DNA of 64,000 nucleotides from Patescibacteria group bacterium (GTDB taxonomy: Bacteria > Patescibacteriota > UBA1384 > 2-12-FULL-50-11). The stretch lies in contig JBBUAP010000001.1 in NCBI GenBank assembly GCA_038058635.1, positions 384,771 through 448,770 on the forward strand, read 5' to 3'. Numbering within the stretch: position 1 is the stretch's first letter; each line of letters starts with the position of its first letter. Below are positions 1 to 8,795 of this stretch, piece after piece. Position numbers and translations under genes: made by a program. The notes beneath the pieces are model-generated. The model was not told the DNA's origin and made no database searches. It saw only the letters and a list, made by a program, of their open reading frames with translations.

Positions 1-615
1 GAAATCGGGATTGTTGTTGATGATCTCGTAGCTCAACCAGTCGTAAAACCTGGTGGTCGGATCTAGGGCCTCTGAAGAAGTGATGTCGAAACCTTGCTCA
101 TTAGCGGTAAGTTTAAGTATCTCCGACCAACCAAGGATTTCTTCAGCCAAATCGGTTTGGTAGATTTCGCAACCAAGAGATCTCATAGCTTGGAGTAGCT
201 CCTGGCTCGTACCGTTATCGGTTAAAACTTTCAAATTAGGTAGTCCGTATCTTTGAAGCATCGTTTGAATGGCAATGGCGGCGTTACCCGAAGAAATGAT
301 CGACATTTGTGGGAGTTCGCCGGTGGTTTGGCCGTCACGCTTCGATTCCAGGAAATACCGGTAGGTGACCACAATCTCCCAAGCTAAACGGTCTTTATGG
401 GTTCCGGTCGGATTTACACTCTCGTCTTTAAGCCAAACATCGGTGAATCCTGGAATGTCGATTTTGTAGGTTGGGGTGGCAGGAAATTTTGGATTCTCCG
501 GTGGAAATTCCGGTCGGCGAGGATTATTTTCTGACGCAACGACAATCGACCGGAGAGTGGCCTCTTCTCCCTCGCTTAAGAATGATTTGGCGGTTTGATG
601 CCGAGCGAAAAACAT
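1..615 (-). CDS. PLP-dependent enzyme of the tryptophan-synthase-beta superfamily (threonine synthase/cysteine synthase-like), N-terminal part; continues past window start
   Basis: Not in the ORF track because there is no stop inside the window. Manual minus-strand translation from the ATG at 615 gives MFFARHQTAKSF...VWLKDESVNPTGTHKDRLAWEIV...SSGNAAIAIQ. The 'NPTGxxKDR' motif resembles the PLP-lysine motif of fold-type II enzymes. The frame stays open for 205 codons to base 1. Confidence 0.6.
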   Translation of the reverse strand, partial: MFFARHQTAKSFLSEGEEATLRSIVVASENNPRRPEFPPENPKFPATPTYKIDIPGFTDVWLKDESVNPTGTHKDRLAWEIVVTYRYFLESKRDGQTTGELPQMSIISSGNAAIAIQTMLQRYGLPNLKVLTDNGTSQELLQAMRSLGCEIYQTDLAEEILGWSEILKLTANEQGFDITSSEALDPTTRFYDWLSYEIINNNPDF

Positions 616-895
616 ACCCCTAAGTTTAGCTAGCTGGAGCCATAAAGGAAAGCGGGCACGACTACGCCCTCGACATGAGTCTATAGTTCACCTTCCGCCA
701 CCTGGCAGGTGGGATATGGTCGCTGGAGCTCTAAAAGCTCCTTCGCTAAAGCTTCGTCGCTATGGTTGGAGATTGTAAACCTGCCTCCACCCCAGGGGTG
801 TAATAAGGTTCAGGGTTACAAAATACGGCTTAAGTTAGCCGGATACTGTATGTGGGTTGGGGTCTGGTCAATAATCCGTTACAATTCTTGGAGAT

Positions 896-2626
896 ATGAA
901 AAACGAAGAATACGAAAAATCAGAGCTCTACAAAATCCGTCACACCACTTCGCATATATTGGCGATGGCGGCGCACGAGTTTGATCCAGAGGTGAAATTT
1001 GCGATTGGTCCGCCAATTGAGAGCGGGTTTTATTATGACTTTGAGTTCTCTAAACCTATTACCGACAGCGACCTGAAGACACTCGAAAAATCAATGTACA
1101 AGATCATCAATCAAAACTTCCCGGTGACGCACGAAGTTTTGAGTCGTGGCGCCGCCATCACCAAAATCAAAAAAACTGATCAACCGTATAAGCTCGAGCT
1201 AGCTGAAGATTTAGAAGACGACAAGCTTGGATTCTATAAGATTGATTGGTTTGAAGATCTCTGCAAAGGCCCGCATGTTAAATTGACCGGGGAAGTAAAG
1301 GCCTTCAAACTACTTAGCGTGGCCGGGGCTTACTGGCGCGGTGACGAGAAAAAAGCGATGCTAACCAGAGTTTATGGCACCGCTTTTGGCTCGAAGAAAG
1401 AGCTTGACGCTCATCTCGCCCAACTCGAAGAAGCCAAAAAACGCGACCACAAAAAGCTTGGGCCCCAACTCGATCTGTTTCTATTTTCCGATCTAGTCGG
1501 TGCTGGCTTGCCGCTCTGGACGCCCAAAGGCAATACCCTGCGGCTAATTCTAGACGACTATGTTTGGTCGCTTCGAGCCAAGAAGGGCTATCAAAAAGTG
1601 GAAATCCCCCATATTGCCAAGAGCGATCTCTACAAAAAATCTGGTCATTGGGACAAGTTCCAGGACGATTTAATGAAAATTGAAACACGCGAAGGTCACA
1701 CTTTTGTCTTGAAGCCGATGAACTGCCCTCACCACACCCAAATCTTCGCTCGAAAATCTTGGAGTTACCGCGAACTACCCCAGCGCTACGCCAATACAAC
1801 GATGGTTTATCGCGATGAGCAAACCGGCGAGTTAGCTGGTTTATCGCGCGTTCGTTCAATTACCCAAGATGATGCCCATGTTTTCTGCCGAGCCGATCAG
1901 GTCAAGGATGAGCTTCTGGCCGTTTGGGACATTGTCAGCGAGCTTTACGCTAAGGTTGGTTTCAGTGATCTGTCGGTCCGTTTGTCGTATAGCGACCCCG
2001 CCACTCCAGACAAGTACTTGGGCGAAGCTCGCGTTTGGCAGAAGGCCGAAGCTGAATTGGAGCAGCTGGCCAAGCAGAAGAAAGCCAAGTACGAAATTGC
2101 TCCGGGTGAAGCGGCCTTTTACGGTCCTAAGATTGATTTTATGGCTCGCGATTCGCTCGGGCGACAGTGGCAATTGGCCACCATTCAGCTCGACATGAAC
2201 CTACCCGAGCGATTTGATTTGCATTTCATTAACAGCGAAGGCAAAGAGGAGCAAGTGATTATGATCCACGCAGCCATTATGGGTTCGATCGAACGATTCT
2301 TGTCGGTCTTAATCGAACACTACGCTGGCGACTTCCCGCTTTGGTTAGCACCAGTCCAAGCCAAAATCCTGCCGATTAGCGAAAAGTTTGTCGATTACGG
2401 CCAAGCCGTCGCCGCCGAGCTGGAAAAATTAGGGGTTCGTTTCGAGCTCGACGACGCTTCGGAAACTCTGGGCAAACGCATACGTAATGCCGAAAACCAA
2501 AAAGTGCCCTTTATCTTAATCGTTGGCGAAAAAGAAGTTGCCGACAGAACCGTCACAATCCGTTCTCGCCACGAAGTTGAGCAAAAGACTGTCAAATTAA
2601 CCGAGCTTGTTAAGACTTTCGAATAG
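896..2626 (+). CDS. thrS: threonyl-tRNA synthetase (no N-terminal TGS domain)
   Basis: 576-aa ORF. It has the HTTSHIL (HxxxH) editing/SAD motif, the class II core 'FVLKPMNCPHH' and 'RVRSITQDDAH', and a C-terminal anticodon-binding region. Confidence 0.95.
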   Translation: MKNEEYEKSELYKIRHTTSHILAMAAHEFDPEVKFAIGPPIESGFYYDFEFSKPITDSDLKTLEKSMYKIINQNFPVTHEVLSRGAAITKIKKTDQPYKLELAEDLEDDKLGFYKIDWFEDLCKGPHVKLTGEVKAFKLLSVAGAYWRGDEKKAMLTRVYGTAFGSKKELDAHLAQLEEAKKRDHKKLGPQLDLFLFSDLVGAGLPLWTPKGNTLRLILDDYVWSLRAKKGYQKVEIPHIAKSDLYKKSGHWDKFQDDLMKIETREGHTFVLKPMNCPHHTQIFARKSWSYRELPQRYANTTMVYRDEQTGELAGLSRVRSITQDDAHVFCRADQVKDELLAVWDIVSELYAKVGFSDLSVRLSYSDPATPDKYLGEARVWQKAEAELEQLAKQKKAKYEIAPGEAAFYGPKIDFMARDSLGRQWQLATIQLDMNLPERFDLHFINSEGKEEQVIMIHAAIMGSIERFLSVLIEHYAGDFPLWLAPVQAKILPISEKFVDYGQAVAAELEKLGVRFELDDASETLGKRIRNAENQKVPFILIVGEKEVADRTVTIRSRHEVEQKTVKLTELVKTFE

Positions 2627-3383
2627 CAGCGGTTAGCAAGTTTTCGAATAAAAAACTGACTGTTAGGGGGCCGATCGCCCCTTTGGTGGGGGTAATCTTT
2701 TTGACTAGGGGTTCGATAGTTTTAACATCAACATCCAGGCCAGAGCCATCAACCACAACCATTTCCTGATGGACCATTTCTGGAGCAACTAAACCACGAA
2801 CGCCGGTGGCGGAGATTAGTAGATCGTGCTGACGGATATTTTCGGCCTGGGACTTGGCCTGCTTGGCGATAACAGTCAAAGGCCAATTGTTGGCCGCGAA
2901 AACCTTTGCCAGCGGTCCGCCGACCAACTTGCCCATACCCAAAACTACGGTTTTCAAGTCTTTTATCGCAATCTGGTGATATGACAATAAAGCCATAATG
3001 CTACTGGGGGTTGGCGAGTCGTACGGCGAGTTGCCGCTTAAATTGTCGATGTCTTTGATGGGGTTCACTTTCTGGATTAATGCCTCGGTATCTAATGATT
3101 TTGGTAGGGGCAGTTGAAGAACAATGCCGTCAATGTCTTGGCGTCGGTTGAGGCCATCGAGCATCGATTCTAATTGTTGTTGGCTGGCGGTGGGGAAATG
3201 GTGCAAGAAAAAATGACAATCCAACTTTTTGGCCATCGCTTGTTTGGCCCGGATATAGGTGGCGGTCTGCTTGTCTTCCCCCACCCAAACTAAAGCTAAG
3301 CCAGGGGAAGTTGATAGTTTTTGACGACGAGCGACTAGCTCGACAAGCCGCTGACTAAGAAGCGCCTTGGCTATCAGTTGCAT
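2610..3383 (-). CDS. folD: bifunctional methylenetetrahydrofolate dehydrogenase/cyclohydrolase
   Basis: 257 aa with 'PGLALVWVGEDKQTATYIRAK' and 'IDGIVLQLPLP', a typical FolD layout. Confidence 0.9.
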   Translation of the reverse strand: MQLIAKALLSQRLVELVARRQKLSTSPGLALVWVGEDKQTATYIRAKQAMAKKLDCHFFLHHFPTASQQQLESMLDGLNRRQDIDGIVLQLPLPKSLDTEALIQKVNPIKDIDNLSGNSPYDSPTPSSIMALLSYHQIAIKDLKTVVLGMGKLVGGPLAKVFAANNWPLTVIAKQAKSQAENIRQHDLLISATGVRGLVAPEMVHQEMVVVDGSGLDVDVKTIEPLVKKITPTKGAIGPLTVSFLFENLLTAAIRKS

Positions 3384-3389
3384 TACGGG

Positions 3390-4046
3390 TTAGGGGGCGA
3401 CGGGCGTCGGCGTCGCTTTGGCCGCGTCGATGAGTTTCTGCCAAGTTTCGGCAGTTTGGACACCGGTGAACTTAACCTTATTGAGATAGAAGGTCGGCGT
3501 ACTATCGACTTTCAAGGCCAAGCCGTAATCACGGTCTGTTTCGACCGTCTTCTTTGTTTCTGAACTGGCGTAATCTTTTTCAAATTGGTCGATGTTCAAA
3601 TCAAGTTCTTTGGCGTAGTTGATATAGGTATTGAGCGGGTCGTCGAGGTCCTCCCAAGATTTTTGGTTAGCGTAAAGCAAATCGAGCATCGGCCAGAATT
3701 TACTCTGCTTCCCGGCCGCTTCAGCCGCCAGCGACCCATTCATCCCGTTTTGGTGATTGGGTAAGGGAAAGTGACGGAAAATAATTTGAACCGAATCGCC
3801 GTTATTGGCTTGAGCTTTCTCGAAATCAACGGCGGCCATCGCGCAAGCCGGGCACTGGAAATCACCAAATTCGACTATTTTAACGACTGCGCTATCCGGA
3901 CCGAGTTTATGGCCGACGGTTTCGTCGAGCTGATCGGCAGTGACAGTTGTTTTGGTTGAACTGTCACTGGAAAAAATGACGATGCCGCCAATTACTAAGA
4001 CGGCCGCCGCCACCACACCCAAGAAAAATTTTGAATCACCTGACAT
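3390..4046 (-). CDS. DsbA-family thiol:disulfide oxidoreductase (membrane-anchored thioredoxin fold)
   Basis: 218 aa with an N-terminal TM segment and a CxxC active site 'FQCPACA'. It lies directly downstream of a VKOR gene. Confidence 0.8.
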   Translation of the reverse strand: MSGDSKFFLGVVAAAVLVIGGIVIFSSDSSTKTTVTADQLDETVGHKLGPDSAVVKIVEFGDFQCPACAMAAVDFEKAQANNGDSVQIIFRHFPLPNHQNGMNGSLAAEAAGKQSKFWPMLDLLYANQKSWEDLDDPLNTYINYAKELDLNIDQFEKDYASSETKKTVETDRDYGLALKVDSTPTFYLNKVKFTGVQTAETWQKLIDAAKATPTPVAP

Positions 4047-4445
4047 TTACTTCTTCTTTTTAAAGAAAATTAAGCCATTAATCAAGACCACTAGCCCTAA
4101 AGATACCAGACACCAAGTGCAGTAAGCGTGGATTTGGTATTTTTCGAGGTAGAGTAGATACAAGCTGAAGGCTAAACCACCAATTGCCCAAATTCGTAAC
4201 GGTAGTTCAGCCCAGATTCGTTTGAAGTAGACTAGCCAGGTAAGGATAAGGGCCGCCAAATACCAAAAGATGCCCATTCCAGCGACCGGTAAGCCAAATA
4301 TTTTGGCGTACTGGCTCGAGAGAACGATTTCGCAGCCACCACCGATTGAGCAGATAACCGACGACGGGTCAAATGTTTTCCAGAACAGATAGCCCGAAAC
4401 CAGGATTCCGGCGACAATGAAAATAACTAGCAGCCTTTGTTTCAC
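4047..4445 (-). CDS. vitamin K epoxide reductase (VKOR) family membrane protein
   Basis: 132 aa with about 4 TM segments. It has a loop cysteine pair 'CSIGGGC' and the redox motif 'CTWC'. The start codon is GTG. Confidence 0.8.
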   Translation of the reverse strand: MKQRLLVIFIVAGILVSGYLFWKTFDPSSVICSIGGGCEIVLSSQYAKIFGLPVAGMGIFWYLAALILTWLVYFKRIWAELPLRIWAIGGLAFSLYLLYLEKYQIHAYCTWCLVSLGLVVLINGLIFFKKKK

Positions 4446-4500
4446 CCAATTAGTTTACCAGAGCTTGCCAACGGAAACAAAATCCGGCAGATTAGTCCTG

Positions 4501-5172
4501 ATGAGACTCAACAAGTATCTCGCTGTGGCTGGTGTGGCTTCACGCCGGAGTGCCGATGAGATGATTAAACTCGGCCAGGTTAAGATTAACGGTAAAGTTG
4601 TCAAAGAGATGGGGGTCAAGGTGGATGTTGAAAAGGATGTCATCACGGTTGATGGCAAAAAAGTTCAACTCGAGCCGAACATTGTCACCTATTTACTCAA
4701 CAAACCCCGTGGCGTCATCAGTACCGCCGACGACCCCGAGCATCGAAAAACTGTCCTAGATCTGGTGCCAAAATCACCACGGGTTTTTCCCTGTGGTCGA
4801 CTCGACGAAAATACCATGGGGTTAGTAATTCTGACTAACGACGGTAATCTCTGCTACCAGCTGACGCACCCCAAGTTTGAACATCAGAAAGAATACATTG
4901 TCCACGGTCGCTCAAAAACCCCTGAAGCGGCGCTGGAAATTATTCGTCGCGGTGTTCGATTGGCAGACGGGCCAATCAAGGTTGATGCGCTCGAAGTTAT
5001 TCGAATTAGTCACCAAAAAGTTGAATTCAAAGTCACAATCCACGAAGGCCGCAATCATCTTGTTCGCCGACTTTGTGCGGCAGTTGCCATCGAGATTGAC
5101 GGCCTGACCCGTGTTCGTGTCGGTGATTACGAACTCGGCGATATTGAGCCAGGAAAGTACAAGCAGGTGTAG
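4501..5172 (+). CDS. pseudouridine synthase, RsuA/RluB family (S4 domain + catalytic domain)
   Basis: S4 motif 'MRLNKYLAVAGVASRRSADEMIKLGQVKINGKVV' and catalytic 'GRLDENTMGLVILTNDG'. I chose the internal ATG at 4501 because the track start at 4417 overlaps the VKOR gene. Confidence 0.85.
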   Translation: MRLNKYLAVAGVASRRSADEMIKLGQVKINGKVVKEMGVKVDVEKDVITVDGKKVQLEPNIVTYLLNKPRGVISTADDPEHRKTVLDLVPKSPRVFPCGRLDENTMGLVILTNDGNLCYQLTHPKFEHQKEYIVHGRSKTPEAALEIIRRGVRLADGPIKVDALEVIRISHQKVEFKVTIHEGRNHLVRRLCAAVAIEIDGLTRVRVGDYELGDIEPGKYKQV

Positions 5173-5178
5173 TTCTGC

Positions 5179-5913
5179 CTATTCCTCAACGAGATTAATA
5201 GTTCTCTGAATGTCTCGAAGCCCTTCCCATCGCAAAATTGTGGATTTCAATTTTGGATCGATAGTACTAATAAAACCCCTAACCAAACCTTGAATGCGAT
5301 ACTGCAAGTCAGTGCTCTTCGGTACGCTAATTTGGACGGTTCCATAGTAAAGCGTATTCTTCTTATAATTCTTGCTTTCCGGTTTGATGTATGACTTGCC
5401 GAAATTCTTCGCGGGGATTCCAGTTAAGTCGGACCAGAATGCTATCAAATCTTTTTCATCTTGCTGACTATATATGTTCAACCAGGCCTTTATGCTGGAA
5501 GTCTCAATTCCGAAGACACGCCTTAGCCAATAAACCATAAATAGTATCAATGCCGGATCTGAGTTTGTTACTCGAGTTGCTCCTTTTTTAGTTCCCTCGG
5601 CCCAGTAGATGGCCGCTCCAAGCAACTTTACGGTTTCGTCGTTCAGAGATGTAGATACCTCATTCTGGGCGGAATCCATTATCTGCGAGATCTCCTCCTG
5701 TCGTCTGAGGTGGTGGCTACGCGATCCCAAATTTAGTATCGCTACCTGTTTGGTATAAAGTCTCTGTTTATGCTCTGGGGATAACAACACATTCTTCAGC
5801 CAAGAGCTGAGAGTACTTTTTGAAACATTAATTTCTTGCTGTATTTCTCGGTAACTCAACCCCTTCATCCTTAGCTTGATGGCCTCATCTTTCAACTGCG
5901 ACTTCGCTATCAT
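5179..5913 (-). CDS. HTH-domain protein with possible LAGLIDADG-like homing-endonuclease body
   Basis: 244 aa. The N-terminus has a resolvase-type HTH 'GLSYREIQQEINVSKSTLSSWL'. The central 'LLGAAIYWAEGTKKG...VTNSDP' resembles a LAGLIDADG-type motif, judged from memory only. It sits next to tRNA-Lys and looks lower in GC by eye. Confidence 0.4.
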   Translation of the reverse strand: MIAKSQLKDEAIKLRMKGLSYREIQQEINVSKSTLSSWLKNVLLSPEHKQRLYTKQVAILNLGSRSHHLRRQEEISQIMDSAQNEVSTSLNDETVKLLGAAIYWAEGTKKGATRVTNSDPALILFMVYWLRRVFGIETSSIKAWLNIYSQQDEKDLIAFWSDLTGIPAKNFGKSYIKPESKNYKKNTLYYGTVQISVPKSTDLQYRIQGLVRGFISTIDPKLKSTILRWEGLRDIQRTINLVEE

Positions 5914-6016
5914 ACTCCCATAATACCATTATGTAGGTGGTGTACTAGGTTAATTTTACTGCTCAGTACCTAATAAGCCATGAATCTTCTTGGTATAATA
6001 AAGGAGCTTAATTACC

Positions 6017-6088
6017 GGGTCGGTAGTTCAGTGGTAGAACAACGGGCTCTTAACTCGTGTGTCGTGGGTTCGATCCCCACCCGACCCA
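6017..6088 (+). tRNA. tRNA-Lys(CTT)
   Basis: 72-nt cloverleaf folded by hand. The acceptor is GGGTCGG/CCGACCC, the anticodon loop is CTCTTAA, and the T-loop is TTCGATC. No CCA is encoded. Confidence 0.9.
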
Positions 6089-6124
6089 CTATGAATGATC
6101 TCAATATTTTGAAAGGCTAGGGAC

Positions 6125-6763
6125 ATGGATCTGTTTGGCGGAGGCCTTGAAGATACTCTAGTGAAAATCGGCCTATTAGGAGCGTATTTCATCCTTTTTG
6201 CTGAGTCTGGATTATTGATTGGGTTTTTCTTACCCGGCGATAGCTTACTTTTCACGGCTGGGTTACTGGCTTCAAGAGGTTATTTTAGCATTTGGGCGCT
6301 GGTTATTGGCGGTGCCATCGCGGCGATTATTGGCAATCAAGTTGGCTACCATTTCGGTCGACGCTTTGGCCCGAAAATTTTTAACAAAGAAGAATCGTTC
6401 CTTTTCCATAAAGACCACATTATTCGGGCAGAAAAGTTTTACGAGAAGTATGGCGGCGTGGCCCTTATAATTTCCCGTTTTACGCCGATTATCCGTACCT
6501 TCGTCCCGATTCTTGCCGGAGTAGGCAAAATGAATTACCGAAGATTCTTGGTCTATAACATCATCGGCGGAATTCTCTGGGTTTTCAGCGTTAGTTTTGC
6601 GGGTTTCTTTTTAGGTAAGATTGTACCTGATATTGACCGCTATATTCTGCCGATTATCGTCGTTATAGTAATTTTGTCAGCAATAACACCGACCTGGGGC
6701 TATCTTCAACACCGTAAGAATCGTAACTCTAACGCCCGGGCAAAATCCGACCAAGCTCGTTGA
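6125..6763 (+). CDS. DedA/SNARE-associated family membrane protein
   Basis: 212 aa, polytopic, with 'ISRFTPIIRTFVPILAGVGKMNYRRFLVYNIIGG'. Confidence 0.85.
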   Translation: MDLFGGGLEDTLVKIGLLGAYFILFAESGLLIGFFLPGDSLLFTAGLLASRGYFSIWALVIGGAIAAIIGNQVGYHFGRRFGPKIFNKEESFLFHKDHIIRAEKFYEKYGGVALIISRFTPIIRTFVPILAGVGKMNYRRFLVYNIIGGILWVFSVSFAGFFLGKIVPDIDRYILPIIVVIVILSAITPTWGYLQHRKNRNSNARAKSDQAR

Positions 6764-6977
6764 GCCAGTCGCCAATAACCGGCAAACCGCCGAATTGTCT
6801 GATCAAAAGTCCGAGAATTCCAACCACAATCGCTACGCCGACAGTTGCTCCCAATCCCGACATTAGACCCATCAAAAATCCCCGCGCCGCCAATTTGCCC
6901 GGGTTGTGGTAGGCTTTATCGATGGCAGCGATCAAGCCGTTAATACTCTTGATTTTGTCTTCTTCGGTGGCGCTCAT
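6729..6977 (-). CDS. small membrane protein, function unknown
   Basis: 82-aa ORF with one or two hydrophobic helices (GLMSGLGATVGVAIVVGILGLLI). I recognise no motif. Confidence 0.5.
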   Translation of the reverse strand: MSATEEDKIKSINGLIAAIDKAYHNPGKLAARGFLMGLMSGLGATVGVAIVVGILGLLIRQFGGLPVIGDWLNELGRILPGR

Positions 6978-7015
6978 ATATTAACGGTAGCGATAAAAGT
7001 GATTCTCAACAAGTA

Positions 7016-7094
7016 TGGCGCACTCGACCGGATTTGAACCGGCGATCTCCTCCGTGACAGGGAGGCGCTTTAAACCAGGCTAAGCTACGAGTGC
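7016..7094 (-). tRNA. tRNA-Asp(GTC), CCA encoded
   Basis: Minus strand reads GCACTCG...CCTCC CTGTCAC GGAGG...GCCGG TTCAAAT CCGGT CGAGTGC G CCA. Confidence 0.9.
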
Positions 7095-7117
7095 AATAAG
7101 CTAGCAGCGTTCAGCAA

Positions 7118-7138
7118 TCAGCTGTCAGCTGTCAGCTT
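7118..7138. repeat. heptamer tandem repeat (TCAGCTG x3)
   Basis: tcagctg tcagctg tcagctt, read directly from the sequence. Confidence 0.8.
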
Positions 7139-7216
7139 TGTTATTTTCTCAAGAATTGATGAATAAATCCAGGACTTTGTCCTAGAATCATTTAGCCGCA
7201 ATTCGCAAGCCGCTTG

Positions 7217-8239
7217 CTAAATCTTGATGTATCTCTTGACCTTGTGCTTGGCTAGGGTTTCTTTGTACCAATCCTCATAAGACTGGTCGGCGCCGTCACT
7301 CTGTTCGAGTAACTGGACAATTTGAAAACCAAACTGGGTTTGAACGGGGTCGGAGACTTGATTTACCGTCAGCTTGGCTACTATCTCTTCCAGCCCCGGC
7401 GCAATTTGAGAGGCCAATTCGCCCTTGCGCCAATAGCCGATATCGCCCCCGCTCGCAGCAGTCTTGCCGTCCTGACTAAACTCTTTAGCTACTTCGGCGA
7501 AGTCCTTACCGGCCGTAAGTTGCTTCTTGGCGTCGTTGGCGGAGCCCAGGTCAATGGTCAGAATATGACGAATATGCCAGCGAACAAGTACAGCATTCTT
7601 GACCTTTTCCTTGAGAATTTGTTCCGCCAGGATCCATTTGTACTGGGTGATCGACATATCATAGAGCTGACGGACTTTTTGTTTAATCTCGGCTTGATCG
7701 CCTTGTTTATCTAAGGCAATCTTCAGCTCCTCGCTAGTAACGCGCAGGTTGCGTTTTTGTGCCTCCAAATAGACAACCCGATCTTCAACCAGACCTTCTA
7801 ATACCCGCTGGCGCAGTTCGCTGTCGGTCGGCGGTTTGCTGGTAGCGTCACTGGGAGCTTGGGCGCTAAAGGTATTCAAGAAATGTAACCGGGCCAAAAA
7901 CTGATGCGACCAAACCAAAGTGGCGTCAACTTTAGCGGCGGGAAACGGGTAAAGCTGGCTCAAGTTGTTAGCGAGGCGTGTCTCCGCCTTTTTAGGGTAA
8001 ATTTGAACGAAGGCCATAATACCAAAGCCAAGATAAATCACGAGAATAGTGGCTGCTGCATCAATAAGTACGGTCGATGGATTCTTAATATGGCGACGAA
8101 CTAAAGCGCCCAAGATAGGAACGCGCGTATGCAGCCAAAGCCAAATCTTCTGATAAGCGCGGACAATCAAGTCAACCACTTTTAAGGTGAACTCGACGAT
8201 CGTTCCTAAAATGTTTTTAAGCCGGGCCAAGTTGTCCAT
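7217..8239 (-). CDS. membrane-anchored parvulin-type peptidyl-prolyl isomerase (PrsA/SurA-like)
   Basis: C-terminal PpiC domain 'FAEVAKEFSQDGKTAASGGDIGYWRKGEL...QFGFQIVQL'. I chose the start at internal M38 (ATG at 8239) to limit overlap with the upstream ORF. Confidence 0.8.
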   Translation of the reverse strand: MDNLARLKNILGTIVEFTLKVVDLIVRAYQKIWLWLHTRVPILGALVRRHIKNPSTVLIDAAATILVIYLGFGIMAFVQIYPKKAETRLANNLSQLYPFPAAKVDATLVWSHQFLARLHFLNTFSAQAPSDATSKPPTDSELRQRVLEGLVEDRVVYLEAQKRNLRVTSEELKIALDKQGDQAEIKQKVRQLYDMSITQYKWILAEQILKEKVKNAVLVRWHIRHILTIDLGSANDAKKQLTAGKDFAEVAKEFSQDGKTAASGGDIGYWRKGELASQIAPGLEEIVAKLTVNQVSDPVQTQFGFQIVQLLEQSDGADQSYEDWYKETLAKHKVKRYIKI

Positions 8240-8793
8240 ATGATGTTCGCTATCACCACCATAACAGCTAGACCAACGAAGATAAAATGCCACACCATTG
8301 GTTGCCGGTTTTCGCCAGCTGGCGGATCGATCACTCGCCAGGATTGCCAAACGAGGTAGAAGACGACAATTCCCAGCATCGATTTCTGGAAATAGCTAAT
8401 CGGCCAAAATTGGGTCAGCGTCGCAATCTGCGAAGTAAAAAGTCCGACCATTGACCAAATCAGGATCTCGTCCCGACCGACTGGACCTTTGGCGCCAGCT
8501 GAAACTAGACCAACTAAAGTCGAACCAACAAAGATTATCAATGAGGCCACAAGCGGGATAATGTAGCCGTTACCCAACCAGAAATGGGTCAATACCAACA
8601 GTAAGGCAACGGTGCTAAAAATCGGCAATTCCAGCTGTCGCACCGACAGTAAGACGCCGTTCAACGCAATCAGGGCGACGAGCAAGTTGCCTGTTAACAA
8701 GCTCGGCAGAGAATTCCAAAGAACGCTGACGATGGCGATTTGAAACAACCAGAGTAACAGTAGAGTTTTAGGCATTCTTTTAAAGAAAGCCAT
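8206..8793 (-). CDS. polytopic membrane protein, unknown function
   Basis: 195 aa with about 6 hydrophobic helices. It appears to be in an operon with the LCP and PPIase genes. Confidence 0.5.
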   Translation of the reverse strand: MAFFKRMPKTLLLLWLFQIAIVSVLWNSLPSLLTGNLLVALIALNGVLLSVRQLELPIFSTVALLLVLTHFWLGNGYIIPLVASLIIFVGSTLVGLVSAGAKGPVGRDEILIWSMVGLFTSQIATLTQFWPISYFQKSMLGIVVFYLVWQSWRVIDPPAGENRQPMVWHFIFVGLAVMVVIANIIWTTWPGLKTF

Positions 8794-8795
8794 GC

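Noticed and set aside
616-895. Possible T-box or other leader upstream of thrS. The 91-aa ORF 709-984 and two DNA palindromes (CCACCTG-G-CAGGTGG at ~698-712 and CACCCC-A-GGGGTG at ~788-800) were also considered.
   Set aside because: I could not find the conserved T-box sequence (…GGGTGGTACCGCG…) or a specifier-loop architecture. The ORF overlaps the thrS start and has no SD, so I treat it as spurious. The palindromes may be operators, but I have no supporting evidence. A TACAAT 10 nt upstream of the thrS ATG suggests there is almost no leader at all.
1314-2595. Multiple antisense or alternative-frame ORFs within thrS. The same pattern occurs inside uvrA, uvrB, gyrA/B, gap, tkt, the LCP gene and others (e.g. 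13584-13856, 25038-25370, 40919-41191, 50172-50621, 59623-60078, 62360-62815).
   Set aside because: They lie entirely within long ORFs that have clear family motifs. They have no start signals and give biased, low-complexity products. These are typical shadow ORFs.
6028-6255. 75-aa minus-strand ORF.
   Set aside because: It overlaps tRNA-Lys and the DedA 5' end and shows no translation signals. It is a shadow ORF.
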